Assembly (NCBI RefSeq): GCF_009914755.1
Contig: NC_060927.1
Reading direction: 5' to 3' (one strand)
From: the human T2T-CHM13v2.0 reference genome, Homo sapiens
Length of the DNA stretch: 64,000 nt
Position 1 is the first letter of the stretch, and each line of letters begins with the position of its first letter. A program made the position numbers and the translations under genes. Below are positions 27,730 to 42,830 of this stretch, in pieces. Under the pieces are notes generated by a model that saw nothing but the letters and a program-made list of their open reading frames with translations, did not search any database and was not told where the DNA came from.

Positions 27730-29179
27730 GTTAGAAAGGAGGAAAGGGTGATGATGGTAGGAAATAGCTTCATAGGTGTAAGAGCAGGAAACTGAGGAAG
27801 GAGAGGGTTCAGGGTTCTCTCAACTAGGAGGTAAGGTCAAGCAGTAGAGGGCTTAGGGAGCAGTGAAGTCTTAGAATAGTCTCTGGGCACTGCTCAGAAC
27901 AAGGCATGTGGGGGCAGGAGGAGGGGCAACACTTTATCAAATGTCTAGGAGCATCAAGGTACATCGTGGAGTGATTTTTCCCAGGAGGGTTCAGAAATGT
28001 AGAAAGCAAGTGAGAAGCAGATGGTCAGATTAATCTATATGTGGGAGTTTCAGGGGGATTTGGCATGAAAGAGCAAGGAAGTAATTTAATATCAACCTCA
28101 TAGGGCTGTTGGAAGAATTAAATAATGCATTTAAACACAGTCCAGTGCCTGACACAAAATGAGAGCTCAATAAATGTTAGCTGTTATTGTCATTGCTACA
28201 ACCACTGTTGTTATTTATTTCTGGAACCAAGCAAAGTGATCACGTCTGTTTCTTAGGAATCTATCAAATAGAAGTCAGCAGTTGCTTCTCAATTAACAGA
28301 GGAAAAATTCAAAAGCTATGTGGGGTGTTAAACCCCTCAAACAAGAAATGCTAATAACCATATATTTCTGTAGGCTTCCATTAACTTAGTTTTGAATAGC
28401 TAGTTGTTGAGCATTCTTGCAATAATGACTAACGATAACTGGTACCACTTTTACTATAAATACAGCAGCACAAAAGACTTAAGAAATTGAATGGAAAATA
28501 ATGCTCTCTTTAGAAAGCCCATGTGAGGCTGTTTAAGGTAAGACATTCTGAACCTTTATTCCATTACTGCTGCCTCCATCCATTCAAAAAGGATTTGTGG
28601 AAGTTGGCAAAGATGCATACAAAACAAAATTAAGAAAAGAAAGTAAGGCAACCAGTCTAAAGAGAAGCAAAGGGTAAGGAAAAATGTATTCGGTGTCCAA
28701 TGCACAGGCAAAGAGGTCCCTTTCACAATGCTAGTTGTGGGTCTCGAATTTGGCTGTGAACCACCTGGCAGTGGACTAAAGAGGGAAACAGGAACAGTAC
28801 TCACAGTTTCCAAAACCAAGGGAAATACTGCTATTATTGTTAATAAAGTGTGAAAATTTTTTCCTTCATAGATTGACCGTGATATAGTGAACAATGTCTA
28901 TAATATCCTTACATCAAGGTTTAATCACCTGACTAAAAGATACCCTTCCTCCAGCTTCAAAAAAACATCCTTAACTTCTGGTAGAAGAGACATGGTACCA
29001 GAATCAAAGGTTAGCTCTCCAAAATTTAGGAATTTTTTCTATGTTATTTATTAGTCCTTATGTTCCATCAAAGACAGAATCATTTTGAAGCATATCCAGC
29101 TCAAATAAATTAATGTTCCCATTTTTTGGAGGAAATAAGTTTACATACTTAAATATGACCTGCATAATCACTCATCTAA

Positions 29180-30100
<921 letters not shown>

Positions 30101-32711
30101 CTAAACCATGTGAAAGTACTACCTGTTCAAAATCAAATAAAAATAAAGTTCTAAGATTGTTTTCTGCTAACAGTGTCCAGAGGCTTTACTTGTTCTTTTG
30201 ACAGCATCAACTGCTGACCCACACTTGGCTTTCTGTATTGCACACATCTATAGAGAATTAGAGGCAAAGAGGTCACAGGATATGGCTACAGCCTTGAAAA
30301 TAAAATCAGTGAAGATAAGAGAAGTGGGAGAAGCATCTTCAATTTATCAAAGCATGAAGTACAGCCACTTGTTTTCTAGAAAAAATAGTACTGGCTATGT
30401 ACCTACAGTATAACCCATATAAGTGTATAGAAATCAGATGTATTAACAAGTTGTTTTTAATGGGGGCTCTATGAGAATTTTGACCATGCAGTTCTTCCTC
30501 AAATTCCCCTGTGCGTTTTGAGGAGTAAGGATCCCTAGCCACTGTCCACCAAATGTCAGTGTGACTCCTCAGTCACTGAGGCAATAAAAAATGTTCCCTC
30601 CTCCACATTTCCAGAAGCTCATACTCCCAACTGAGAACCACTGTGAGGAATAAGTAAAAAATTAAAAATTAACATTTGTCAATTTTTTTCCCTATCACTG
30701 CCACTAATTTTTATCAGTTCATTAATTTAATGAATCTTTATAACACATTCATTAAGAAATCATGAACAATCTGATCTTCCAAATGCTTGGGTGTTACTAA
30801 AGATAGTTTGTGCCTTGAGTTTGTTTTTTTTTTTAACCGAGCTAGAGAAAATCTGAGGAATCTAGAATCCCTGCCAGCCTTCAGTCAAAGTCCTGCTTCA
30901 CAACTGCAGAGTATGCAGTTTAATTTTTTTTAAGTTCTTATATATTCTCTCATTGACAAAGGCTAATTACTTCTCTTAAGAGTCATGTAAGCTCAGCAAG
31001 GAAAATACTATTTTCCCCATTTTCACAGATAGGGAGTCTAAAGGTCAGAGCAGTGAAGTGATTTTTCCAAGCTCATAATTGACAGAACTTGGAGCAGAAA
31101 CCAGAACTTCTGGTTGTCAGTCTGGTGGTTTCTCCACTCAGCTGTGATGTTTACTCTAGACAGTATTTTCTCTATGCCAAGCCTATAACACATCAGCTTG
31201 ATTCAAATCTTTAACACGATGATTATAAATTTGAAACCCAGCATCTTATTTTTAAACTGACAGGTCAACTATAATGGTCCTCAAAATGGTACACTTTGAA
31301 AATCAATAAAGGTGACTGAGGGTTTTACACAGGTTAGCTTGTGTGGTCTTCCCAATAGTTCTTCTAGGTAGATACAATCATTATCCATTTTACAGATGAG
31401 GAAATGTAGGCAGAGAAAGGGGTAAGCAATGTGTTACTTAAGGCCACACACTAGTAAGTAACAGTGTGGATTTGAACGCAAGCAGTCAAACTCAAGTCGG
31501 GGAAAACTCCCAGTAGATTTAACTAAGAAATAAACCCCCCAGAAAAACTGGCAGGTGGATTGTTTAGATAAACAATGAAATGTCTCTTTAGCTCTGTAAA
31601 GAAAACCAGCAACCCCTATGTAAGTTTTTGATCAACTGGTAAAAATGACCTCAAAATATAGAAACAAGCAAGTAACTGTCCCTCTATCAAACTAAATAAT
31701 ATTTTAATTGCCTAAGTAGTGGGCATTTAATAAATCATCAATTTTCTATTCTATTAATAATATTTCTGTGGAAACAAGACAACTCTCAATCACCAAATCT
31801 GGTAAAAAAAAAAAAAAAAAATCACAACAAAAATCATACAGAGGCAACACACCGAGTTAAACAACAGCCTGGAGAAAATAGATTCATTTTATTCAACTTC
31901 AAAAGTGATAAGAAGTTGACTCCAATTATTCTATTCCACATAGGAGGTTATGATGCTTATGACCAATAGCCAATGCATAAGACTGATAATTTTCTAGTCT
32001 AAAATTTCTACAGAGCATCCCAAAATTCTATTTTCAACCAAGTTTAATCTCCAGAAGTAAGAGTATGATATCTTGGTAAGAAACACTATTTAATATAAAA
32101 ATTCATAGTCATGAAATAATTTAGTAAGACACCAAAAGGGTCACAGTCTTACCTCAAAAACCATGTGCATACTGAAAAGTAGCCAGGTTGAGGGCAAGTA
32201 AGAACTTAGGGAAAAGCCTGAACTATCAAAGAAATCATCTGTCTAAGTCCCCAGAAGAATCAACCTCTACAGAGGTAAAAATGGAAAGGGCGGGAGGAGA
32301 TACAGCCATAAGTAAAACTCCATGTGGCCTATATTCTATGATAATGTATGATCAATGGTACAATATAGGTAGGTAAGCATATATGGATCTATAACACCAG
32401 AAAAACAAACACATGTTGAGTTAATAATTAGATATCCAATGATCAAAGAAGAGCTAGAAGTGAAAAAAAAACCAGAGCACCTACTTACCATGGGTTCAGT
32501 GGTGGTCCCTGTTGCCAGCACACATTCCGTAATCTCGGAATCCTGTGGCTAGTCCACTCTACTGCCTCCCTAGATGATGGAACTCTGATGCCATGGCACA
32601 TTGCAGGAGCTACCTAGTCATATCAACAGAGTTACAGACTCAGGAATTGAGAAGAACCCAGAGCTCGGAGGCCATGCAGCAGGGCACCCTCCATATTGAG
32701 AGCAAACACCA

Positions 32712-33031
32712 TTTGGGGTTTGGGGTTTATTTATTTATTTTTTTTTAAGACAGGGCCTCACACTGTCACCCAGACTGGAGTACAGTGGCACAATTATAGC
32801 TTACTGTAACCGTGAGCTCCCAGGCTCAAGCCATCCTCCTGCCTCAGCCTCCTGAGTAGCCAGGACTACAGGCATGCACTACCACACCAGTTATTATTAT
32901 CTCTTATTTTTCTGGTAGAGACAGGATCTCACTGTTGCCCAGGCTGGACGTGAAGTCCTGGCCTCAGGTGATCTTCCCACCTGGGCCTCCCAAGTTGCTG
33001 GGATTACAGGCGTGAGCCACCTCACCCACCC
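32712..33031 (-). mobile_element. AluJ
   Basis: Reverse Alu with J features ('caggctcaagccatcctcctgcc'). TSD agcaaacac at 32701 and 33032. Confidence 0.93.
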
Positions 33032-34321
33032 AGCAAACACAGTTTTGAAAGACTTTCTAGTAAAGAGCCCAAGAATTAACTGCCCAGAGAAAGAGGATGT
33101 GTCCCCATCTTACAGATGGCCAGTAGAGGCACCCAGAAGTGTGATATTCCTGAAATCACTGATTCAGTACTGAACATCTAAGATAACACAGCGATTTGCT
33201 GACAAAGATCACAGTAGACTCTGTGAGACTGTACCTTGAAGAAAGAAGGGAAGAATAGGGGCAGAGAAGGCCCCTCAGGCCTGCCTGGGGAAGTGGGGGA
33301 ATGGGAGTGAGGAGAGGCAGAGGGGACAGGAAGAAGCCCCTCCAGCAGTAATCAGGGGAGAGAATGGTCAAGAGGAGCTTGAAGGACACTGAGAGCTGGG
33401 GACTGGGGTCCGGTGGTTCTCCACTGGTATGTGGGTGAAAGTGGAGAAGGAAAAGTCGAAGGAGCTGATGAGCTAAAGAAATGGCGGAAGGAAGTAGAAG
33501 AGAACTGGGGAGGCCTTCTGACAGAGGTCAGTGCTGGAAAAGGGGAAGGTGGGCACAAGAGATGATGACAATCTTGGTAGAAACATCATACAGAAAATGC
33601 AAACATCCATCTAGATGACCTTCAGTGATGGTAAGATTCTATTAACCTTCCAGAGTTATCCGCTCCAAATTTAGAAACGTTTTATTTGTAAAATAGAAAT
33701 TGCCTTGTTGCTTTGGTCCATTTCTTCTCATTTTAATTGGAATGGGGTTGGAGGACAGTTGGTTACCACTATTAAAATGATGTGTTTTCACTGGGCTCAT
33801 AGCTCTTTAAACAGACTGAGGGATAAATACTCTCCCAGCCCCTGTTCTAAGTTGGCAGACAGACAGGAGGGGCCACTAAGACAACACCTACCCTCTGCAA
33901 ATCAGCACCAGACAAACACTTTAGTTGGACAGCAGAAATTATATCTCCATTTTCCAGAGGAACAGAAACATCTAAAAGTTTAAATTTAATCTAACAAGTA
34001 TTTTGAAGTTCTTGCTACATGCAAGGCCACCCTAAGTTTATTTGTGACACGACAGCATCTTCCACTATGAATGAAACACACACAAGAATCTCAGAGTTTC
34101 AACAGGCGCCCATCTATCTCATCAGGCTCATTCAAGAATCAGAAGTATCATTTAACAGTCCAGAAAAAAAGACATTCAGGTGCCTCGTGGCTGCTTCCCG
34201 TCTTCAATCCCTTCAGCAATCATGGTTCTGAGTCAGCTTTCATAACCCACAATGACACATCTATCTGAAGCACACATTCTGAGATAATAATGTCCATAAA
34301 TGGCTGAAGATAAAAGAAAAA

Positions 34322-34373
34322 AATCATAAGACAGTATAATGGGAATCATAAGACAGTATAATGGGACTCATAA
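34322..34373. repeat. Perfect 22-bp tandem duplication (aatcataagacagtataatggg)x2 plus partial copy
   Basis: Units 34322-34343 and 34344-34365 are identical. Confidence 0.95.
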
Positions 34374-35284
34374 CAAGATATAATTTCCATAAAAAACCAT
34401 TTTGGTGGCAGCTTCTTCTAAAAAAGGTGATGAAAGTAAATATAACATCTCTCACATAATGTTTATGTTCTGTACCTTGTATAGATTCTATGTCTTTATT
34501 AAATAAATGAAAAGAAAAAAAGTCCACATAGACAAATAAAATACCACATTAGGGCTTTTTTTTCCCCCGCTCAATCTGGAAAATTTTGCAAAAAAGGATC
34601 TTTTATTTATGGAAGCCCTGACTTTCAAATCTTATTTAATAAGGTTTTAGGAAATGAAAGATACCGGTGGCTCATTTAGCCATGAAGGGAAGCTGCAACA
34701 GGAGCCAGGGCCTAGACTTGCCAAATGAAGGTGGCTGGAGGAAAGGGCTATCCGATTCATTCCGCCATGAAGGACTTTTACTTAGGGTCAGGTGACCAAG
34801 ATTCTCTATGCAGGTCAGAAGACATCAGAAAGCAGGCCGATCTGGATCCAATTCAGCATCTGGCATCATTGACTGCCTCAGCCATGTCACTTAATCCTCC
34901 TGAGCCTCAATTCCCTCAATGGTGAGATAAGCTTGTTTATGGGACTACCCACCTCAGTAGGTTGTTGTGATGATTAAATGAAGTGCCATGCTAAAGGGCC
35001 TGATACCTACCAGACATACAACACAAACCACCCTCTTTCACCTCTTCTTATTTTCCCTCTGGCTGAACCCCAGTGGTATGGCAAGCTAAGCGTCTCTAAA
35101 TATCAGGCGCCTCAACTGCAAACTGACAAAGGATAAAGTATGCGAAAGCTTTAAATCGCTATGCAAATGTTAGGAGATATTGTTATTAGTGCCAATCGGT
35201 ACACCTCACTAGCAACTGCACATCAGGGAATAAGAGTAAAAAGCATCTCTCAGGGAGTTTCTTTCTACCCCACCTGTATACTGC

Positions 35285-35368
35285 TAACTATAAAGCATAG
35301 TTCAGCCCCCTTCAGGGACACTAATATAAAAGTGTCCCTGAGGGGGGATGAACTATGTTTTATAGTTA
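35285..35368. repeat. 84-bp inverted repeat/hairpin (38-bp arms, 8-nt loop)
   Basis: Arms 35285-35322 and 35331-35368 give 35 Watson-Crick pairs, 2 G-T pairs and 1 G-A mismatch. Loop aatataaa. Confidence 0.95.
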
Positions 35369-36489
35369 TTTTCTTTTTCATTTTGTGCATTTAATTAATG
35401 CTTTTATTTCTGTGCTCATACTCTTGGGTAAAATTTGAGAAAACCAGAATTGGAAATGCTAAAGACAAATATTAGCAACAAGCAACTTGATATTTGCATA
35501 TCCTTGCAAAGATCCAAAAGGAGCTGAATATGTGGAAAACAGGTAGTAAGATAAAGAAAAACAAGTGTTAAGAACAAAAGTTCTGTGAGTTTCTCTGGGG
35601 TGAAACTTGCCTAACAATCTTCAACACCCAGCAAAGTGTCCGGCACATGGAAGGTATTTGATAAACGATATTTACACCATCTGTAGGAACAACGTGACCT
35701 CAGTCTACCACTGACCACTAATAAAAAGATAAGCAGAAAACCAAACCTGAAAAATGAATATTACTCTAGCTGATATGTGTTTCTATTGACTAATTTATTG
35801 ATTTTTAGAATGGCCATGGGTACACTACAGGGGTATATGGTCTTCAACTCCCAACTATGTAAACTCTGAATTCCAACTTTAAATTGTTCAAAATAAACAG
35901 ACCAAAACAAGGCCTCTATAACCCCCATTACCTGTATTGTTGAGATGATGAGTTTGGGCAGAAACAAAGCCTGGAATGAAACCTCATTCCCGTCCTCCCC
36001 AGACACCACATACATCACATGGGTGTCAGAGAATCCTGTGCATCTAATCATTTTCAATTGTCATTTCATCTAGGATGCCAAATGTTAAATAATCAAGACT
36101 AAATTTTCTCTCTGTCTCTCTCCATCTTTAGTGCAAGCAGTATATTATGGGTTACCATACTATTCTTAATTTCTAATCATTTTTAGTGTCTTTTCTGCCA
36201 ATTTGTAGGCTTTTCCTACCTATCCCAGTGTTTCTTCTGGCCTATGCAACACTTGCTTTGCATGTATATTATGCCAGAGAAAGGGAAATTTATATTCACC
36301 ACAATTTTGTACAAACAAGCAAGGCAAAGTTAAATAAAAATTAGAATTCAGAAGAGAAGCAGCAATTTATACAGGGTTCTTTGGCCCTCTGCCAATCCTA
36401 AAAGAACTTTGATAACATCAAACTACAGAGGTCCCAGCACCTATCTGTAAAAAGAGAAATACACAATTCTCAGTACTCAAAAGCATCTT

Positions 36490-37249
<760 letters not shown>

Positions 37250-37361
37250 CTCAGATTGCCTTGCATGGTCTGCATCACAAACAGGGCTAATGGCAGAATG
37301 AGCCCCAGTGGATCAGATTTGTGCACATGTAGATGTCCACTCCTGTAAAACATCAATAATC

Positions 37362-37588
37362 TTTTTTTTTTTTTTTTTAGAGACAGGGCCTCACGCTGTG
37401 TCACCCAGGCTGGAGTGCAGTGGCATGATATAGCTCATTGCAGCCTCGAATGCCTGAGGTCAAGCAATCCTCCCACCTTAGCCTCTCAAGGAGCTGGGAC
37501 TACAGGCATATACCATCATGCCTGGCTAATTTTTCATTTTTTAATTTTTTTGTAGAGATAAGGTCTTGCTCTGTTGACCAGGCTGGCT
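37362..37588 (-). mobile_element. AluJ, 5'-truncated
   Basis: Poly-T, right arm and part of the left arm, stopping at 'ccaggctggc'. Flanks share 'ataatctt'. Confidence 0.9.
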
Positions 37589-40039
37589 GAGAAATCATAA
37601 TCTTAATGTTGGGAGATTGAAAGTGGTGCTGGTCAACTGTGCTAGTTAATTATTTAGTGTGTTTTCATTTCACTGCTATCTTCCAAGTTTGGGGAATTTA
37701 TTAGAAAAAATTAAAAAAGAGTTGCCTTTGATCACTGGCAATCATCAAATATATAAATTTATTGCATGTATTTTATAATGTCATCTGGGTAAAAAAAAAA
37801 GCTATTAATATTTTCATGGAGGTGCAACAGGTTTAATTCCAAATTTTGGTCACCGAAAGACTTCATGGCTCACCTTTTTATACTGGTCTTCCAAGCGGAA
37901 ATGAATAGATAATTATGCAGTCCTGGACATACAGATTTAATTCCTGTTGTGAATATTCATTCAGATGAGCAGGAAAACTTCAGGTTATTTTAAATCAGGA
38001 TGAGAAATCAATACTACTAGTACCAAAGAATATATCTGCATATAAAACTGCTCATTAAAGTCAGGCAAGGAAGACATAGCTCCCGGAAAGCCCCACTTAG
38101 AAATTACACCGAAGCTGATCCCCGCCAGCAACTTGTTAATGAATATCTCTGGTGTTCTAGGCCCTAGAAGAACACACAAAGGATGGGGCGAGAAGTTTTC
38201 CATTTTAGACGGTGACCAAGCCCTGTAGGAACTGGTTCTGTCTGAATCCTTTCTTTACCCATTCCTGATGACTGCTTGGTGGCTTTTTTGCCTTGGGTGC
38301 CTGCTCTTATAGCAGGTCTTCAAGCCTGCTGAGGGGCTTCTTGAGAAACTTCAAACCATCCTACCTGAGTTGTCCTTGCTCTGCAAAGTCCAAAAACAAG
38401 GTATGGCCAGTCTAATAACCCTTTCTCTTGGAGAAGAGGCAGTTCGTCCCTGTTCAAGAGAAGGCAGGAATGACAGGCAGACATCAAGTTCTTTCTTGCT
38501 TAACCAACATTAGGCAGACAGGGTCCACCCCAGAGCAGCAGTGTGTGATCACTGTTGACAGGTACACAGAGAGGAAGAGGTGAGCAGCAGCAACGTGGAA
38601 ACTGGGTTAAGAAAACCCCAGGGAAAAAATAGATAGCTAATTAGAGTTTTCAAATTAATGTGCACAAACTGAAATGAATTTTCAAAGATGTTCCTCCTTT
38701 CCTTGTGCCAAAATTTAAGTCTTTTTCTGAGGTCCAGAATGTTACAGCCAACAGAACAACTTGGTGATAGAAAGCAATCATTTTTAAAAATCATAAAAGA
38801 GATTAATTGAGCCCTTATAATGTGCCAGGTGAGTACTGCGACTATCAGCATTTTACAGATGAGGAAAATGAGACACAAATAACTTTAATAACCTGCCCAA
38901 GAGCACTTAGAAAGCAAGAGCTAACACCCAAGTTTATACTCCTAACCACCACACAAAGTATAGAAGAAGGAGCAGGGCTTTTCTGACTAAACAAGACTGA
39001 TATCTAAGTCTAACTCTGCCAATTACTGTGCTAGATATGTGACTTTAGTTTCTAAACTTTCTGAGCTTCAGTTTCCTTGCCAGCAAAATAGGGATAATAC
39101 CATCTAATTCTTATAATTGGTTGCTGTGAACTCTCAGAATGTAGGTTTTCAATCAATGGTAACTATTTTTTTGTTATGCAGACCAGAGGGAACACAGCCA
39201 AGCTAGCAAAAATGAAACACAAGAATGGGAAGGAAACCTGGAAGCATCAGGAACATGCACACCTCATTTTCTGCCAAGCAGGCAAACTATACCTTGGCAA
39301 GAATTTCCTCTCCAGAGCCTCAACTCCTCTTTTTAAACACGGAATGGGCATAATTCTGGGAGATTTTGCATATGCAGTATTCATAACTCAGGGAAACAAT
39401 GTGCATTTTCCTTTTATTTTTAACTAGAGATACACAAATACATGATAATATCATATGCGCATACATATTTTTACTTACATTCAATCTTTTGCAACTCTAA
39501 TGGGTCCTTAAATCTGATTCCAAATTAAGTCCTTCAGACACGGCTCTGATTAAATAACTAGCTGGTTTCAGAGCCATCTGAGGATTTTTTATGCTAATAG
39601 GATAAAATCCAGTCTCTTTGGCCTACCTTCCTCTACCTTTCACAGTAATTTCCATTCTAATGCTATCACACACACATATCCCACCCCATGCCTCATCAGG
39701 AACTCTTCTATAAAGGACAAGGCCTCTCTGCCTGCTTGTCCCTGAACATAAACATCTTGCTCATTCCCACCTCTGCATCTTTGCACTGGCCGGATCCTCT
39801 CAGCATCACCCACTGGCTCATTTCCTCCAGTTCAAGTCCTACCAGTCTGTTAAGACCCTGCTAAAGGACCTCCTCTTCCAGCAGACCTCCCATGACCAAT
39901 TTGGCCCCCATTAATCCATTTTGTTTTTCTACTGAATTCCTACCTGTGCAGACTTTTCAGTTTCATTTCTACATAATTTACTACTATGTAACTTTCCTTA
40001 GAGAAAAATCCTCCCTCCTCAAGGATACTATATGCAACT

Positions 40040-40275
40040 TGAGAGAGCACATGGTTAAGAGTACAGGTTCGCAGTCAGGCAGATCTGAAGTCAAATCCCA
40101 GCCTTGCCATATTCTAGCTGTATGACCTGGAGGAAGCTACTTAACCTCTCCAAATCGTAGTTCCTTCTCTGTCAAATGGGATTATAATTGTAGTTATCTC
40201 ACATTGTTTGAAGGGGGGATTCATGCCTGGTAATATATAAGTGCTCAATAATGTCAGCTATAATTATTATCACTA
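40040..40275 (+). mobile_element. MIR SINE
   Basis: 'ggttaagagtacagg...caaatcccagc...tagctgtatgacctgg...gtgctcaataatgtcagctat'. Confidence 0.75.
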
Positions 40276-41299
40276 CCCATTTCTCACACGTTTTTAATCC
40301 CCCACAGCACCAGCTATCTATTAATAATCTATCTACCTATCCATCTATCCATCCATCCACCCATTTATGTTAGAGACTCGATGAATCTTTACCAATTGCC
40401 TAACTTAGACGTACCAATCCTTCTCAAATTTCCACTTCTCCAAGAAGCACAAAGCTGTTTCTACTTTATTAAGCCAGCATCGAAACTCAAGATTCCCCAG
40501 ATAGGGTCTCACACAGAGCATGCTGATTTCCAGGAGCTTTAAATGGGAATGAAAAGTGATCATTCCCTTAGTTCAGATATGCTGGTTTGAAGAATAGCTG
40601 AGTAATTCATGAGGTTCTTTCAGGTGCATTGATCAGATTCTGCTCTTTAAGAAGCATTGTACCTTGAAGTAACTATTTGTCATTCCCCTTCCAAATGAGA
40701 GCTAGATAATAGACTGCATCTGTTTAGCAAAACTATAACAAAGGTCTAAATGATAATAATACCTTAGACCTGCTGGATGCATCATAGTTTATAAAGCACG
40801 TTCATACACATCCTTCATCGCATGCTTCCAGCAGCCCCAATCAGATAACCAGGGGGTTTATCTCAGTGTGCTAAGTGGGACTGCTCAGGCTGGAGAAGGT
40901 TCAAGAGCTTTCCCACAGGCCAGTTCATTGATTCAGATCTTCCAACTCCTACTTCAGTGTTCATTTTATGGCACCACAGGATTTAAAACTATTCGCATAT
41001 CTTTACAAAGAGATACCCAGCTGGAAAGTGTGTAACCCACTGCTAATTTGTGTTTTGGTTAAAGTATCTATAGTATCACCTTGGAGATATAATGCAAAGC
41101 AAATCTGTCAAATGGTATTTAATGCAGTTCTATACTACCTGAGACTAAGTGGAAGACCTCAGTTGAAACTCTGTTTTTAAACTAGCCATTTTCAGTCTTT
41201 CGAGCCTGTTTTCCTAGAAGTAGAGTAGGAGTACACAGCATCAGCCTGCTGGGATTCCTTGATACCAGACTCAGCCTCTACTGTACTTGGACAGTCTTC

Positions 41300-41750
41300 C
41301 TTGGTCCAGTTTTCCACCAGTTTTCTACCAGGCTCCCCCTTCCTTACTGCCCTCCAGTTGCCCAACCCGCTGCCTGGCTCTTTCTCAGACATACAGAGTA
41401 TGTACCATCTCAGTACCTATTCATGGGTGGTTCTCAGTGCATGGCCTGCTCCCTTTCCTTATTCACATTTCTGCACAAATATCACCTCCTCAGAGAGGTC
41501 CTCAAACCATCTAATCTTATTAACAACCCCAGACGCACTCTGCAACCACTTTCCCTACTGTTTCATCATAGCACTTAACCACTACTAGACATTTTACAAA
41601 TGTTTCATCTATTTATAACTGGTCTTCAGCACTGGAATGTAAGATCTAGGAGGGCAGGGCTTTGTATTGCTCACCACTGTATCATCAGCACTTGAAAAGG
41701 TGACTGACAATAGGAAGCTCCCAATAAGTACCTATTGCATAAAGGAATGC
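41300..41750 (+). mobile_element. L2a 3' fragment
   Basis: 'caaatatcacctcctcagagagg...catagcactta...gaatgtaagatc...gggcaggg...gctcaccactgtatc'. Confidence 0.7.
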
Positions 41751-41993
41751 AGCCTATAAATTTCCCTGTTTAAAATCTCTACCTCTTCCAATTTGAAAAG
41801 ATTCTTATACATGAAGCCAAAAGAACAAAAACAAATCTCACAACTAAGATAAATGCACAAAAAAAATTAGTGCATGGATGGGACAAAGAACAAGTGTACA
41901 GAACCCCTAGGATTGGAACAGCCATGACTCCAACAACTGTTACAATAGTTACATCACTGGACCTAATGCCAATCAGTTGATTAAAAAAAAATT

Positions 41994-42340
41994 AGCTGGG
42001 CACGATGACTCAAGCCTCTAATCCCAGCACTTTGGGATGTAGAGGCGGGCAGATCACCTGAGGTCAGGAGTTTGAAATCAGCCTGGCCAACATGGTGAAA
42101 CCCTGTCTCTACTAAAAATACAAAAATTAGCCAGGCGTGGTGGCTCATGCCTGTAATCCCAGCTACTCGGGAAGCTGAGGCAGGAGAATCACTTGAACCT
42201 GGGAGGCAGAGGTTTAGCTGAGATCACACCACTGCACTCCAGCCTGGGTGACAGAGCGAGACTGTCTCAAAAAAAAAAAAAAAAAAAAAAAAGAAAGAAA
42301 AAGAAAGAAAGGAAGAAAAAGAAAAAGAAAGAAAGAAAAA
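41994..42340 (+). mobile_element. AluSx-like with long A/(GAAA) tail
   Basis: Alu body 'cagatcacctgaggtcaggagttt'; polypurine tail 42268-42340. Confidence 0.96.
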
Positions 42341-42499
42341 ATTAATGACCAACATTCCCCTTCTACCCCCCAGGCAAGAGGTCTCTCGTTGCCTAAGGCA
42401 ATTTCATCGCATGCCTCAGAGTAAGCAAAAACTGACAGATAAATGTCCTAGGCTATCTTTTTGAGAAGAAGGTCCAAGTTATTTCCTGGATTTTTGCAG

Positions 42500-42830
42500 A
42501 TATGACAGTAAATTGGCAACTGAGGGAATAACAACCTGACATCATGTGCCCCTAATCTGATACAATTAGAGCTACTCATCATCAGCCATGAAATGTTCTT
42601 GCTAAAAATATGTAATCTGAATGTAATCATGAGGAAATCATCACATATCCGGAATGTAGGGCATTCTACGAGACAACTGGACAGGTCTCTTCAAAAATGT
42701 TAGTATCGGGAAGAACAAATAAGATGTAGAGGCTCTACTAGATTAAGAAAAAAAGACTCAGTTGGATCCTGGATTGCAGGGGGAAGCTAGAAAATCGAAA
42801 AACTAGAGAAAGCTGAATATGGATGGCATA
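42500..42830 (+). mobile_element. Ancient L1MC/L1ME 3'UTR fragment
   Basis: 'gacatcatgtgcc...tgtaatctgaatgtaatcatgaggaaa...cattctac...aactgg...ctcttcaaaaatgt...ttggatcctgga'. Confidence 0.6.

Noticed and set aside
32489-32542. 54-nt minus-strand unit ending in a strong donor ATG|GTAAGT
   Set aside because: The acceptor lacks a polypyrimidine tract and the peptides are unrecognised.
33118-33134. CTCF-like motif tggccagtagaggcacc
   Set aside because: One G short of the core spacing CCASYAGRKGGC.
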